DNA of 32,000 nucleotides from Candidatus Methanoperedens sp. (GCA_027460535.1 JAPZAR010000025.1:30001-62000), one strand, 5' to 3'. Counted from the first letter of the stretch, positions 9,152 through 18,895 are shown. Numbers and translations: made by a program. The notes: generated from the sequence alone by a model not told the origin.

Positions 9152-9978
9152 CTTCAGCGTCCTCTATGATTCAAAAAACCTGGCGTTTCATAGACGTTGA
9201 TAAAATTGACGGCTTCTACAGCGCAGCTCTTTTTGAGTCGATAGGCAGGCATGTAGGCGCCGGCTCATCTCCCGAAACTATACTTTTCTGGCGGGTGCGC
9301 TCGCCCGTTGTATATCTTGGGTACCATCAATGTGTTGAGGACGAGATAAACACCGGTTTCTGCGGCGCCAGCGGCATCGGTATTGTACGGCGAATTCTGG
9401 GAGGTGGGTGCGGTTTTTGCGATGAGGACCAGATACTTTATTCTGTGATAGGCAGGGAGGAAGGAGTCATACCACGAGATATCCAGGATGCATATAATAA
9501 GGTCCTCAATGGTGTGGTCCTGGCCCTTGCGACCCTTGGTCCTGGAGGCGAACTCGAACCTGCCCGGAATGCTGTCTATTCAAGAGGCAAGAAAATCTCA
9601 GGGAATGCACAGGGACGCCTTGGAGGTGCGGTCTTGATCAATGGCAGCCTCTTGCTGGATTTTGATTTTGAGCTAATGGATAAAATCCTTAAAAACCCGA
9701 CAAAGAACCTTCGTCCCGTGGAGCACGCAAGAGATGGAATGATAACTTTGCGGGAAATGCGCATAACGGACATGGCGGGTGTGAAAAAAGTCCTCATGAA
9801 AGGTTTTGAAAAAGCTCTCGGGATAATCTCTATGGATGGCACGTTGACCGGGAGTGAAGTGGAAATGGCGAATGAATTATCAGATAAGTACAGGCGGGAT
9901 GATTGGACATTCAGGATGGATATCAGAAGGGAGCTCAGGAAAAAACCCGGCGTGCCTCCTGCTCCGCCAGCCGAATAA
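9148..9978 (+). CDS. Lipoate-protein ligase A family (biotin/lipoate A/B ligase catalytic domain) protein
   Basis: ILFWRVRSPVVYLGYHQ, RRILGGGCGF and the catalytic-lysine motif GKKISGNAQGR match the LplA/LipB fold. The track start is TTG at 9148; an in-frame ATG at 9166 is an alternative. No LplA C-terminal accessory domain is present. Confidence 0.75.
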   Translation: MTSASSMIQKTWRFIDVDKIDGFYSAALFESIGRHVGAGSSPETILFWRVRSPVVYLGYHQCVEDEINTGFCGASGIGIVRRILGGGCGFCDEDQILYSVIGREEGVIPRDIQDAYNKVLNGVVLALATLGPGGELEPARNAVYSRGKKISGNAQGRLGGAVLINGSLLLDFDFELMDKILKNPTKNLRPVEHARDGMITLREMRITDMAGVKKVLMKGFEKALGIISMDGTLTGSEVEMANELSDKYRRDDWTFRMDIRRELRKKPGVPPAPPAE

Positions 9979-11128
9979 CGTCCCTTAAAGGAATTCCTGA
10001 GCCCTTCGATGCTTTCCTGCAATCCTCGAACTCAGCAGAGATATTCAGCAGGACACCATGTAAATCTCTTGCAATTTTGATAGCGACTGAAAAAACCCTG
10101 CTGTTTATTGTAATGTTCACCTTTCCCATTTCCCTCTGTGCAATCAGCCTGTGTTTTATCGGGATAATCCTTACCCCGAGAGAACCTGTTTCCTCAATTA
10201 TTTTCCTTGCGAGAGTCCCCGAATCCTCTGGTTTCACAATTACCTGGATTATGTGGCCGCTCCGTCCTTTTTTCATGGTAGCAGGTATTATGGATACATC
10301 CAGCGCGCCGGCTTTCAACAGCTCCTCAATAAGATTGCCGAGCACCTGGCCTGTGACATCGTCGACGTTGGTCTCAAGTACCTCTATTCTGTCTGATATT
10401 AGGGCATCGTCTATCTCACCTGCAATTATCCGCAACACATTGGGAATAACTGTATCTTTGCTTCCCGCTCCATAGCCGATACGTTCAGTTCTCATCGGGG
10501 GGCATGCACCTTTTTCATTTACGAAATGCGCAAGCAGCGCTGCGCCCGTGGGTGTCAGCAGTTCCCCTTCGACCGGGCCCGATTGCCATGGCAGCGAATA
10601 TTCTTTTAATATCTCCATTACCGCAGGTGCTGGTACCGGGAATTTTCCATGCGAGAACTCAACGAAACCACTGCCAGCTGAAATTGGTGTACAATAAATC
10701 CTGTGATTTTTCAATCCCAGGTCGTGAAAAGCCATACATGCTCCAACAATGTCCGCGATCGCATCTTCCTGCCCGAGTTCATGGAAATGCAGATTTTCAA
10801 GACTTGAGCCGTGGACCTTTGCCTCGGCTTTTCCGAGAATGTTAAAAACTGAGATCGCATCTGAAATAATTTCATCAGGAAAACTCAAGGCTCTAATGCG
10901 CTCAATTATATCTGAAAAACTCAAACTATTTTCTTTTTTCGCGGACACTTTGACAGCAAGTGCCCCGATCCCTTTTTTTGCGGTCTTTGAAACCTCGACT
11001 TCAACCTCAGCCGACAATTCCATGGCCTCCTTAACCCGTCCCGCATTCGCTCCAAGGTCAATGAGGGCGGCAATGGTCATGTCACCTGATGCCCCGGAAA
11101 ATGGATCGAACAGAATTGCTTTCATCAT
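9935..11128 (-). CDS. larC: LarC-family (DUF111) nickel insertion protein
   Basis: The N-terminus MMKAILFDPFSGASGDMTIAALIDLGA and HFHELG are hallmark LarC/DUF111 motifs. Full length is 397 aa. The 3' end overlaps the convergent ligase gene by 44 nt. Confidence 0.85.
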   Translation of the reverse strand: MMKAILFDPFSGASGDMTIAALIDLGANAGRVKEAMELSAEVEVEVSKTAKKGIGALAVKVSAKKENSLSFSDIIERIRALSFPDEIISDAISVFNILGKAEAKVHGSSLENLHFHELGQEDAIADIVGACMAFHDLGLKNHRIYCTPISAGSGFVEFSHGKFPVPAPAVMEILKEYSLPWQSGPVEGELLTPTGAALLAHFVNEKGACPPMRTERIGYGAGSKDTVIPNVLRIIAGEIDDALISDRIEVLETNVDDVTGQVLGNLIEELLKAGALDVSIIPATMKKGRSGHIIQVIVKPEDSGTLARKIIEETGSLGVRIIPIKHRLIAQREMGKVNITINSRVFSVAIKIARDLHGVLLNISAEFEDCRKASKGSGIPLRDVIRLAEQEARRVFS

Positions 11129-11155
11129 TTCACGATCTTATATCATCCTAAGGAT

Positions 11156-12073
11156 TTATAAACACTGTCTGGATTTATAGAAGAAATACCCCACAACGCC
11201 GATCGTTATCACCGGCGACACCCATTGCGGGACCTTGTATCCGAAGCTATCCAGCACCATTATTATCCCCAGGAAAAATATGGAGTACATAGCCCCGTTT
11301 TTCAGGTAGATGTATCTCTTGACCCGTTCAATATTGCTGACCGTGAGCTGTCTCACCACATAGGCTCCCATGCCGTTACCGATGAGGATCAGGGGGACAG
11401 AAAGAGTGAATGCAAATGCTCCTACCACGCCGTCAATAGAGAACGTGGCATCGATCACCTCAAGGTACAGGATCTTGCTCAGGTCACTCATACTTGTTCC
11501 ACCCATAAGCTCCTGCTCGTGAGCCTCTGCGTTCTGCTTGAACCCGTGTGTTATGAAAAATGCAGTCGAGCCCATCACTGCACCGAAGGCCATGAAAGGG
11601 TGCTGCTTTAATGAAAACCAGACAATTAAAGTGAGAATTATGGAGACTATGGCAAAGAACCAAACACCGTGCTGGTGGAAAAATCTCTCGCCACGCAGCC
11701 CGTAGTTCTTCGCCTCAATGAAAAGCCAGTGAAAAAATAGGAATATGAGGAAAACCCCTCCTCCAACCAGTAAGAAGGGCGCTGACTCCTCAATGACCTC
11801 CTTTACTCTTGGGTCCTGGCTGAAGGTGGCTGTCAGGGCGCCGACAGGACCGAGAGCAGGATTTGTCCCCCATACGATAAGCCATGGCAGCATGCCTCTT
11901 ATGACAAAAACCGCAAAAAGCAATCCGTAGAAAAGGAACCATTTTCGTGCACGTAGTGACATCGTTGAGAGCACTTCGGCATTAATTACTGCATTGTCGA
12001 TGCTGCTTATGGTCTCGAATAGAATAAGACCGATTATGGTCAGAATAATTGAGAATATGTCCATTTTGATCAA
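11156..12073 (-). CDS. DUF475 / TerC-like integral membrane protein
   Basis: SSIDNAVINAEVL near the N-terminus and a second half with IDATFSIDGVVGAFA (duplicated membrane repeat). About 8 TM helices. Confidence 0.7.
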   Translation of the reverse strand: MIKMDIFSIILTIIGLILFETISSIDNAVINAEVLSTMSLRARKWFLFYGLLFAVFVIRGMLPWLIVWGTNPALGPVGALTATFSQDPRVKEVIEESAPFLLVGGGVFLIFLFFHWLFIEAKNYGLRGERFFHQHGVWFFAIVSIILTLIVWFSLKQHPFMAFGAVMGSTAFFITHGFKQNAEAHEQELMGGTSMSDLSKILYLEVIDATFSIDGVVGAFAFTLSVPLILIGNGMGAYVVRQLTVSNIERVKRYIYLKNGAMYSIFFLGIIMVLDSFGYKVPQWVSPVITIGVVGYFFYKSRQCL

Positions 12074-12232
12074 AATTCTTTGTAAGAATTACTGCGCTCT
12101 AACAGTTTTTCTGCGTATATATTTTCTCATTCACTTTATATTTGAGATACTTTTATCCACAATCATTATATACCGTCAAAGACCAAAGAGGTTCAACTTT
12201 ACAACTGATGTAAAGTCGGAGGAAAAATAATA

Positions 12233-13873
12233 ATGAATAAAAAAACGATGGGTTTTTTATGTGTGATACTGCTATCAACAGTATTCACCTTACAAGCAGG
12301 TGCATCCGCCCCCATGGATATGGGCGACCATGCAGGAATGAATATGGACGACCAGCACGCTGCGGATGCTTCTGATACACATTCAGGGGGCGTAAACTGG
12401 TATGCTATCATATCTCTTCTTGGCATTATTGGAGTTGCAGGGTTTTTCGCTTCAAATAAGGAAAGACTCCGGAAAATAAATTTCCTGAACTATGCTCCTC
12501 TGAAAGCTCTTCTAAAAAGCCGCTGGTACCCTCTTATCTTTGTGCTGCCTACAATGATAGTTTTCGGCATTATACTCCTTCAGCTCTTTTTCGGAAATGT
12601 CGAAACCTCATACAATTTCGGCTCCGTCATGGTCTGGATCTTCCTGTGGCCACTTCTGCCCATTCTGTTCCTGCTCTTCGGGAGGTTCTGGTGCTCGGTA
12701 TGCCCGATGTCAAGAGTGAGCGATGAGATGCAGAAAAATGTTGGATTGCATAAGAAAGTGCCAAAATTCCTCCAGAAATACGGTGTCTGGGTCATCATAA
12801 TCGCTTTTCTAATAATTACATGGCTGGATACTGTATTCGGGATTGTGGAATCACCCACAAATACTGGTTATCTATTGCTTTTTGTATTTGCAGGCGTGGT
12901 CCTGATGGGAGCGGTTTTTGAGAAAAGGGCCTGGTGCCGCTACCTCTGTTTCCTTGGCGGGCTTTCAAGCAATTACTCCATGGTTTCAGCCCTTGAAATA
13001 AGAACTGACAGCGCGATATGCAAGACATGCAGGGACCCGACGTGTTACAAAGGAACAGAAAAAGTGCAAGGCTGTTCGATGTTCGAATATCCCCGGACAA
13101 TGGATTCCAACCGGTTCTGCAACTTCTGCTCAAACTGTATCAAGACCTGTTCCCACGACGCTATCAGGATAACGCCGCGACCTCCCACGAGCGAACTCTG
13201 GTTCATCAAGAAACCAAGATTTGAGGATTCTTTCCTTGCAACTGCACTTATCGGGATAGTTGTAAGCCAGACTGTTGTCATGCTTGAAGTATGGGAACCG
13301 TTCATGAAGTGGTTTGAGAGTACAACCGGCATTACAGACTTTACTATTGCATGGACTGTGATTTTTGCGGGAGCCATGCTCGTACCCGTTGTGCTAATGC
13401 TTATCTCAAGCTTCATATCCACACAAATCCCTGATAAGATCGGAGTGCCGGGCATGATACCTGACCAGACTGCCGAATTAAACCTTGCATCTGAAAGTTT
13501 TCCGGAGAAAACGATGCTTTCAAACTTCGTGCGATATGGCTACGCCCTCATTCCCCTGGGATTGGGAATCCATCTGGCACATAATGCAAAACATTTCCTG
13601 GGAGAAGGGCTCTCTGTGATATACACATCTGCATCGCTTGTCGGAATGAATTTGACCGGGGACCTGTCCATCCTGAATATGCCGACTATACAGGTTATCC
13701 AGTATATCCTTACATTACTTGGAATTCTGGGTTCGGTTTATACAGCATACAGGATCTCATTGAATAATCCCGGTTCAAAGGCTTCAGTGCTGCCGTATAT
13801 ACTCCTGATACTGATGTTCGGGGTAATAGCGCTGTGGATGTATTCTGTGCCAATGGCCGCACGGGCTCATTAG
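12233..13873 (+). CDS. Polytopic membrane iron-sulfur protein (NapH/CcoG/NosR-like CxxCP plus 4Fe-4S ferredoxin motifs) with signal peptide and Met/His-rich N-terminal segment
   Basis: Signal-like MNKKTMGFLCVILLSTVFTLQAGASA, then PMDMGDHAGMNMDDQHAADASDTH. TM-adjacent FWCSVCPM and AWCRYLCFLGG motifs. CKTCRDPTCYKG and CNFCSNCIKTCSHDAI cluster motifs. Roughly 5 further C-terminal TM helices. GGAGG RBS upstream. Confidence 0.7.
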   Translation: MNKKTMGFLCVILLSTVFTLQAGASAPMDMGDHAGMNMDDQHAADASDTHSGGVNWYAIISLLGIIGVAGFFASNKERLRKINFLNYAPLKALLKSRWYPLIFVLPTMIVFGIILLQLFFGNVETSYNFGSVMVWIFLWPLLPILFLLFGRFWCSVCPMSRVSDEMQKNVGLHKKVPKFLQKYGVWVIIIAFLIITWLDTVFGIVESPTNTGYLLLFVFAGVVLMGAVFEKRAWCRYLCFLGGLSSNYSMVSALEIRTDSAICKTCRDPTCYKGTEKVQGCSMFEYPRTMDSNRFCNFCSNCIKTCSHDAIRITPRPPTSELWFIKKPRFEDSFLATALIGIVVSQTVVMLEVWEPFMKWFESTTGITDFTIAWTVIFAGAMLVPVVLMLISSFISTQIPDKIGVPGMIPDQTAELNLASESFPEKTMLSNFVRYGYALIPLGLGIHLAHNAKHFLGEGLSVIYTSASLVGMNLTGDLSILNMPTIQVIQYILTLLGILGSVYTAYRISLNNPGSKASVLPYILLILMFGVIALWMYSVPMAARAH

Positions 13874-13882
13874 AAATATGTG

Positions 13883-13924
13883 ATCAGGAGACCGCATTAA
13901 AATGCAACTCCTGATAATTTTTTT
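13883..13924 (+). terminator. Hairpin (ATCAGGAG / CTCCTGAT, 8 bp) followed by a T7 run, downstream of the Fe-S membrane protein gene
   Basis: Read directly: atcaggag(13883-13890)...ctcctgat(13908-13915) aa ttttttt(13918-13924). Oligo-T tracts act as archaeal terminators. Confidence 0.55.
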
Positions 13925-13940
13925 ATAAAATCTTTTATTT

Positions 13941-13975
13941 AAAAAAAAAGAAAAAAATCGGTGTAACCTTACACC
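13941..13975 (-). terminator. Minus-strand oligo-T tract (A9GA7 on plus) preceded by a GGTGTAA/TTACACC hairpin overlapping the mtrH stop
   Basis: The plus strand reads aaaaaaaaagaaaaaaa (13941-13957), then ggtgtaaccttacacc (13960-13975). On the minus strand this places a hairpin and a long T-run immediately after mtrH. Confidence 0.55.
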
Positions 13976-14919
13976 AATTTCTTTATGGGGTGAACTTCTG
14001 CAAGCACTTCCAAGCCAAGGTCTTTTGCTGTCTCTGCCAGCATTATGTCGACCATCGCCACTGCAGGGAACACACGCTTTACGTTCTCTATTGGGCCATA
14101 TAGCAGGAAATTCGCGCCCATTATCTGTGCCACCAGGTTTGTGCCTATATCAACCGGCGGCCATGACTCTGCCTTTGCATCAGGGTCTTCTTTCCTGAAT
14201 TTCTTCATCCAGTCCCACGCAGATGCCATGTTGTGGAACCCGCCTCCCACTGGAAGACCAAGTCTGCCCTTGATCGCAAGAACGGATCTTATGGTAGCTC
14301 CAGCTCCTGCTCCAAGGGGCGTAGCTGCCACATCCACGAGAGGTCTTGTGATTCCAACGTCCTTTGCCACTTCAAGCATGCCTTTTGTCTGCCCTGTGCC
14401 ACCTTTCTCAAGGATTTCCAGTTTGCCTTCCACGCTCGGGTTTGTGGCGTTGAATGCAAGTACGATGGCAGAAGTGAGCTTGCTTTCTTTGAGGGCCTTG
14501 ATTTCCTCAGCACCTATGCTGGCATTTATGGAATTGTGTATGGCCCGCTTCTCGACCCCTATCTCTCTGGCATACTTTGCAGCCGCTGCCCTTGTGTGCC
14601 CATCGGATGAGTCGACAAGGAATGGTACGTCATCACAAATATCCACGAACCAGTCGATGTATTTTTTGATCGCTTCAGGCGTCTCGCCCACGAGCTGATT
14701 GAAATAAGGGAGACCGGTCTTATCCCCCATAACTTCCTGTGTATTCCACAGTTTTTCAGCTGCCGCTTTATCAAAAACACCCTTATCCTCATCAGTCACG
14801 ATCTTATGTTTCAGGTAAAACATTGTACTGACCAGCACTGTCGGGTATTCTCCCGGCTGTCCGCCAACCTTTATCTTGCCGAATTCAAACACTTCTTGTT
14901 TCTTATCATATCTAAACAT
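13969..14919 (-). CDS. mtrH: Tetrahydromethanopterin S-methyltransferase subunit H
   Basis: MFRYDKKQEVFEFGKIKVGGQPGEYPTVLVSTMFY is the canonical MtrH N-terminus. It is the last gene of the mtr operon. Confidence 0.95.
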   Translation of the reverse strand: MFRYDKKQEVFEFGKIKVGGQPGEYPTVLVSTMFYLKHKIVTDEDKGVFDKAAAEKLWNTQEVMGDKTGLPYFNQLVGETPEAIKKYIDWFVDICDDVPFLVDSSDGHTRAAAAKYAREIGVEKRAIHNSINASIGAEEIKALKESKLTSAIVLAFNATNPSVEGKLEILEKGGTGQTKGMLEVAKDVGITRPLVDVAATPLGAGAGATIRSVLAIKGRLGLPVGGGFHNMASAWDWMKKFRKEDPDAKAESWPPVDIGTNLVAQIMGANFLLYGPIENVKRVFPAVAMVDIMLAETAKDLGLEVLAEVHPIKKLV

Positions 14920-14928
14920 CTTAGCACC

Positions 14929-15189
14929 TCATTTAAACAGTAAGTTCTGCATGAATGCCTGCAATCTTGGAAGCACTGGTGAGAGGAGCAGCAACAGGTA
15001 TACCATTACTATCATCAGCGTAGCGCATATTCCATACAGAATCCCAATATCTCTTCCGAGTTTTTTCCCGTATCTCTGGTGAATTTCTGAATTGGTGAAC
15101 TCAATCTTTTCCTCTATCTCATTCAATTTATCCAGTAATTTCTTGTAGTCCTCAGGATCTACTATTACTGTCGGGACTTTCTCTGCCAT
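14929..15189 (-). CDS. mtrG: Tetrahydromethanopterin S-methyltransferase subunit G
   Basis: PTVIVDPEDYKKLLDKLNEIEEKIEFTNSEIHQRYGKKLGRDIGILYG plus a C-terminal TM helix. Operon position is between mtrF and mtrH. Confidence 0.9.
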   Translation of the reverse strand: MAEKVPTVIVDPEDYKKLLDKLNEIEEKIEFTNSEIHQRYGKKLGRDIGILYGICATLMIVMVYLLLLLSPVLPRLQAFMQNLLFK

Positions 15190-15193
15190 TTTA

Positions 15194-15412
15194 TCACCTC
15201 AATGCCGGAACCAGTACCGCCAGCATAACAACCACAAAACCAATTGAAAATCCTATTGCGACTGTTGCTCCGACTCCTGATTCAAGTTTCTGGTTTCTTG
15301 CAATGAGCTGACCCCTGTATCGGATGTCTTCCACCATTGATTCGATAGCTGCCATTGAAGGGGCTATTACCGTTGGTACGCCCTTACCGTATTCGTATTC
15401 TTTCTCAGCCAT
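15194..15412 (-). CDS. mtrF: Tetrahydromethanopterin S-methyltransferase subunit F
   Basis: [47 protein letters not shown] plus a TM helix. I prefer the ATG at 15412, which has GGAGGTGG about 8 nt upstream and lies 1 nt after the mtrA stop, over the track's GTG at 15424. Confidence 0.85.
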   Translation of the reverse strand: MAEKEYEYGKGVPTVIAPSMAAIESMVEDIRYRGQLIARNQKLESGVGATVAIGFSIGFVVVMLAVLVPALR

Positions 15413-15413
15413 T

Positions 15414-16139
15414 TTAAGCACCACCTCCGAATATTGTTATGCCAAGTATTGTTAATCCCACTACCAGGCCAATCATTATGCCTTCTATTTTTCCTGAGTA
15501 GATGCCGGCCATCAGTTTGTTCATGTTGCCTATATCGATTGTCTGCGCCTGGATTCCCTTTATCCTTGCCTGTACAGTGGCTATCTCGGCAGACATGGGT
15601 TTAACGCCGCCTACTTCTGCGACCTCTTCCTTTGCCCCGACCTGGATGATCATTGGCTCGCCTTCAAATGCACCGGGGTCTTTTGCTGCGAGTTCCTTGA
15701 TCTTTGCAATGATCGCACCCTCGTCCTCGGTACCTATCATTTCCACAATCTGGATCTGTGCCTGGAATCTCTTTATCGCATCATCCGGCAGGTTTTCAAT
15801 ATAGGGTATGGCTCCTGTGGACCCCACAATCCTGCTATCCTTGACACCGTTTTTATGGATCATTACGATAGCTTCACCGGATATATGTCCCTTGACTTCA
15901 GCCCCTGTGACGAGCAGGAAGCGAATGTTGGGATTTGAGATAATGTTGGCCACTATTTTTTCTATCCCGAGGTTCTCTGTCTTATGGGGGCCTGTTATCG
16001 AGGCACCGGCAGCGAGCTGTGCAGCACCTTTGAGATGCGATCCGCATGTGGTTACTGCTACGGGGTTTTCAGGATTCCCGGCTTCGTATTCTCCCTTAAC
16101 AACAGGCCATCCTGCTGCGGGTTTAACTTTATTTGCCAT
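15414..16139 (-). CDS. mtrA: Tetrahydromethanopterin S-methyltransferase subunit A (corrinoid-binding)
   Basis: [36 protein letters not shown] and [17 protein letters not shown] (His ligand region), with a C-terminal TM anchor. Confidence 0.95.
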   Translation of the reverse strand: MANKVKPAAGWPVVKGEYEAGNPENPVAVTTCGSHLKGAAQLAAGASITGPHKTENLGIEKIVANIISNPNIRFLLVTGAEVKGHISGEAIVMIHKNGVKDSRIVGSTGAIPYIENLPDDAIKRFQAQIQIVEMIGTEDEGAIIAKIKELAAKDPGAFEGEPMIIQVGAKEEVAEVGGVKPMSAEIATVQARIKGIQAQTIDIGNMNKLMAGIYSGKIEGIMIGLVVGLTILGITIFGGGA

Positions 16140-16466
16140 TTACATGCCTCCCGTCGAAACTTTCGCGACCTTAAAGAGGATCAGCAGTAAAAAGGATACA
16201 ATGAACCCTATTACTGCTCCGTAGAATGCATTTGTCACGATCCCGGCGTTATATGAAGCATTTTCTCGTCCTGGGAACATGTTCAAGAGCGGTGCTTTGG
16301 GGTCGAGCTGGTTCATCATGTCTGTTACGACTTTATCAAGCTCGTCCAGTTGTGTTTTCACTCCGTCCAGTGAATATTCCACAACGTCTTCCCGTTCTTC
16401 TGCGATCACACCTGTTGTCGGGTTTAATATCAGGTGCAGTTCCGGAGCTACTCTTATGTGACTCAT
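16140..16466 (-). CDS. mtrB: Tetrahydromethanopterin S-methyltransferase subunit B
   Basis: MSHIRVAPELHLILNPTTGVIAEEREDVVEYSLDGV plus a C-terminal TM helix. Operon position is between mtrC and mtrA. Confidence 0.9.
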   Translation of the reverse strand: MSHIRVAPELHLILNPTTGVIAEEREDVVEYSLDGVKTQLDELDKVVTDMMNQLDPKAPLLNMFPGRENASYNAGIVTNAFYGAVIGFIVSFLLLILFKVAKVSTGGM

Positions 16467-16467
16467 G

Positions 16468-17271
16468 TTATGCCTCCGTCTTTGGAATCAATCCAGTTCC
16501 GACTACCGCCGCAGCGTCATTATAGACTTCATCCCAGAATTTCTTGTAAAAGATAAGCCACAGGATTATTCCCGCAATCAATGTGACTGCTCCCATCGCG
16601 CCGAGGGTCATGGTTGCAGCTATACCCATAAGGGCCATCGTGATAGCTCCTGTGGAACCTGCAAGATACAGCAATCTTTTCTGTTTCTCATCAGGTCCGA
16701 GACAGGCATTGAATGGATGAAGCATTGCCACTGCTCCTACCCAGAAAACGGCAAGGATGACGCCGTTATCAAACACTTTGGGGATCAGGCTTCCCACGAA
16801 ATCGTAGTTTCCTGCAACTGCGGCGCTAAAACCTATGATGATTATTGCGCCTGCCGCTGCAATTTCAGTCATACAGCGGATCATGACCGGAATCTTCATT
16901 TTTATTACATGCTGGGCGAACCAGCCTATCACAAATCCGATTATTGATGCGGTTATTAATGCCAGTATAGGACCTGCATATATACCACGCGGATCTTTGG
17001 TCACGGACTTCATTATGGCAAGACCGAACATGGCTGCAATGATGCCCATACCCATAGCTATCTGTCCTATAGAAGGCACGCCTGTTCCCAGACCGTACTT
17101 GGCAACGCGTCTCACTGCTTCAGCACTCCATATAACCGCGCATATTGCTCCAAGCGCTCCGAATATCGAAGTATATGGCGGAAAAAGAGGCGATATATAT
17201 ATTCCAACCAGCCCTCCGATTATTCCGAATAACACCAGTGTGTTCGGGGATATTTCCTTTATATCGCTCAT
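16468..17271 (-). CDS. mtrC: Tetrahydromethanopterin S-methyltransferase subunit C
   Basis: Polytopic membrane protein in the mtrC position. I prefer the start MSDIKEISPNTL at 17271, which forms an ATGA overlap with the mtrD stop, over the track's upstream start at 17313. Confidence 0.85.
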   Translation of the reverse strand: MSDIKEISPNTLVLFGIIGGLVGIYISPLFPPYTSIFGALGAICAVIWSAEAVRRVAKYGLGTGVPSIGQIAMGMGIIAAMFGLAIMKSVTKDPRGIYAGPILALITASIIGFVIGWFAQHVIKMKIPVMIRCMTEIAAAGAIIIIGFSAAVAGNYDFVGSLIPKVFDNGVILAVFWVGAVAMLHPFNACLGPDEKQKRLLYLAGSTGAITMALMGIAATMTLGAMGAVTLIAGIILWLIFYKKFWDEVYNDAAAVVGTGLIPKTEA

Positions 17272-17993
17272 GCTGTCATCCCTCCTGCGATCAATATTGC
17301 CACAACGCCGCAAAGCATGCTGACAACAATACTTGTGAAAACGTCCTTGGGAACCACGCGCCTGAACTTGGGGTCATGGACTCCTTCGATCGTTCCGCCC
17401 ACGCCGTAGGATGGGATAACGGAATTAACATAGAAAACACCCATGGTGAACACGCCTGCCACAGCAGCGGCGCTGGTGGCGATCAACGGTGTGTAATACC
17501 CCATCAGGACGAAGTAGATCAGTCCTCCACCTGCCCCTCCGAGTCCAGCCCCTACAATACCGCTTACGAAGCATATTGTCGGTATACCCTGTCCCTGCGT
17601 CCCTTTGGATACATAAATGTCCTGGCGCTCCCCCGTTATCGGGTCTTTTTTGACCTGGGCTGATGCAAAGGGTACAGCTACTCCGTATGCATATATTAGA
17701 CCGCCCGCAAGCATCGTGCTTGCAAGCATTATCGCAGCACCCATTGCTCCCGCAGCCATTACTAATGCCATTGATGCGGAAGGTTCATAAGCGTACATAT
17801 AACTTGATGTTATCAGGCCAACAAGACCTGAACCTGCTGCCAGTTCCACAGTCCCCGTACCAATTCCGGTCGCCTGGGCCATTGCCGCAGGCGCGCCGCC
17901 TACAGGAATGAAGTGAACGGCAAGGCAGATGAGAGTGCCGCTCAAACCAATCAGAAGTATATCTATAATCGTGGTTGGATCAAGAAAAACCAT
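17268..17993 (-). CDS. mtrD: Tetrahydromethanopterin S-methyltransferase subunit D
   Basis: Gly/Ala-rich polytopic membrane protein (MVFLDPTTIIDILLIGLSGTL...) in the mtrD operon position. Confidence 0.88.
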   Translation of the reverse strand: MVFLDPTTIIDILLIGLSGTLICLAVHFIPVGGAPAAMAQATGIGTGTVELAAGSGLVGLITSSYMYAYEPSASMALVMAAGAMGAAIMLASTMLAGGLIYAYGVAVPFASAQVKKDPITGERQDIYVSKGTQGQGIPTICFVSGIVGAGLGGAGGGLIYFVLMGYYTPLIATSAAAVAGVFTMGVFYVNSVIPSYGVGGTIEGVHDPKFRRVVPKDVFTSIVVSMLCGVVAILIAGGMTA

Positions 17994-18895
17994 TATGCCC
18001 CAGCCTCCTTTTCATTCTTTTCTAATTTATACGGGCCATATGCGTTCTTCACATTAATTTCCACAAGCCGGTTCATAATTGTCATAACAGCCAGTATAAT
18101 AACGCCTACCAGCATCGCTGTCCATGTATATCCCCAGATGGTCGTGGGCCAGCTTGAAAAGAACACGGTGAGACCCAGACCTATCCCCGTTGCTGGTCCT
18201 CCGAACTTAGCGCAGAACCAGACGTTATCGAGACTGGTCCTCAGCCCAGATTCGGCTTTTCGTACAATGCGCCCTGAAAGCGCTGTATTAAGACCGCATC
18301 CGAACTCACGGTTCTGGAATTCCCGCTCGCCGCCGTAGTGCACATCACCTACGGAAGAGCCGATTGCGCCAACTGAAATACCCCATATCAATGCCAGGAA
18401 CGGTATGGAGAATGGGTAACCAAGTATGGCATACTGGATATATGATATTGCGACGAGGCAGAAACAAACGATGAAATTATGCCCTATGATCGAGGGCGTT
18501 GTGTATCTCATAATATCCATGTACAGCGGCTGCTTGAACCTGCTCTGGCTCGCTATCCTGCCGGCGAATGCCGTTGTTGCAAAAATGCCGTATATTACCG
18601 CTGCAATGAACGCCCCTATTACTATCGCAGTCAGTGGATAGAACTTGGCGCTTAAAAGTACGTTTGTTATTACACCGCCGGTAACAGCCGAAAGACCGTT
18701 GCTGATCGGCTCGCCTGAAATCGCTTTGTTGTATATCCTATGCAAAAAATTCATCTGAGGGGCCAACTGCACCTGTGAGTTCGGATTGCTCTGGGAGCCC
18801 ACATCGGATTCTAAATCCTCAAGGCATCCCGCAATAGTAGCAAGCGCTCCCAGGAGTGCCAGTATAGCCATACTCATGGTTAAGTCTAATACCAT
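17993..18895 (-). CDS. mtrE: Tetrahydromethanopterin S-methyltransferase subunit E
   Basis: LEDLESDVGSQSNPNSQVQLAPQM is the signature MtrE motif. AGGAGGA lies upstream of the ATG at 18895. It is the first gene of the operon. Confidence 0.93.
   Translation of the reverse strand: MVLDLTMSMAILALLGALATIAGCLEDLESDVGSQSNPNSQVQLAPQMNFLHRIYNKAISGEPISNGLSAVTGGVITNVLLSAKFYPLTAIVIGAFIAAVIYGIFATTAFAGRIASQSRFKQPLYMDIMRYTTPSIIGHNFIVCFCLVAISYIQYAILGYPFSIPFLALIWGISVGAIGSSVGDVHYGGEREFQNREFGCGLNTALSGRIVRKAESGLRTSLDNVWFCAKFGGPATGIGLGLTVFFSSWPTTIWGYTWTAMLVGVIILAVMTIMNRLVEINVKNAYGPYKLEKNEKEAGA

Noticed and set aside
14045-14698. 217-aa plus-strand ORF and neighbours within the mtr operon (e.g. 15502-15804, 15808-16224, 16465-16947, 16835-17323, 17145-17663, 17913-18338)
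   Set aside because: All are antisense to clearly identified mtrH/A/B/C/D/E genes. They are Ser/Pro/Ala-rich shadow frames.
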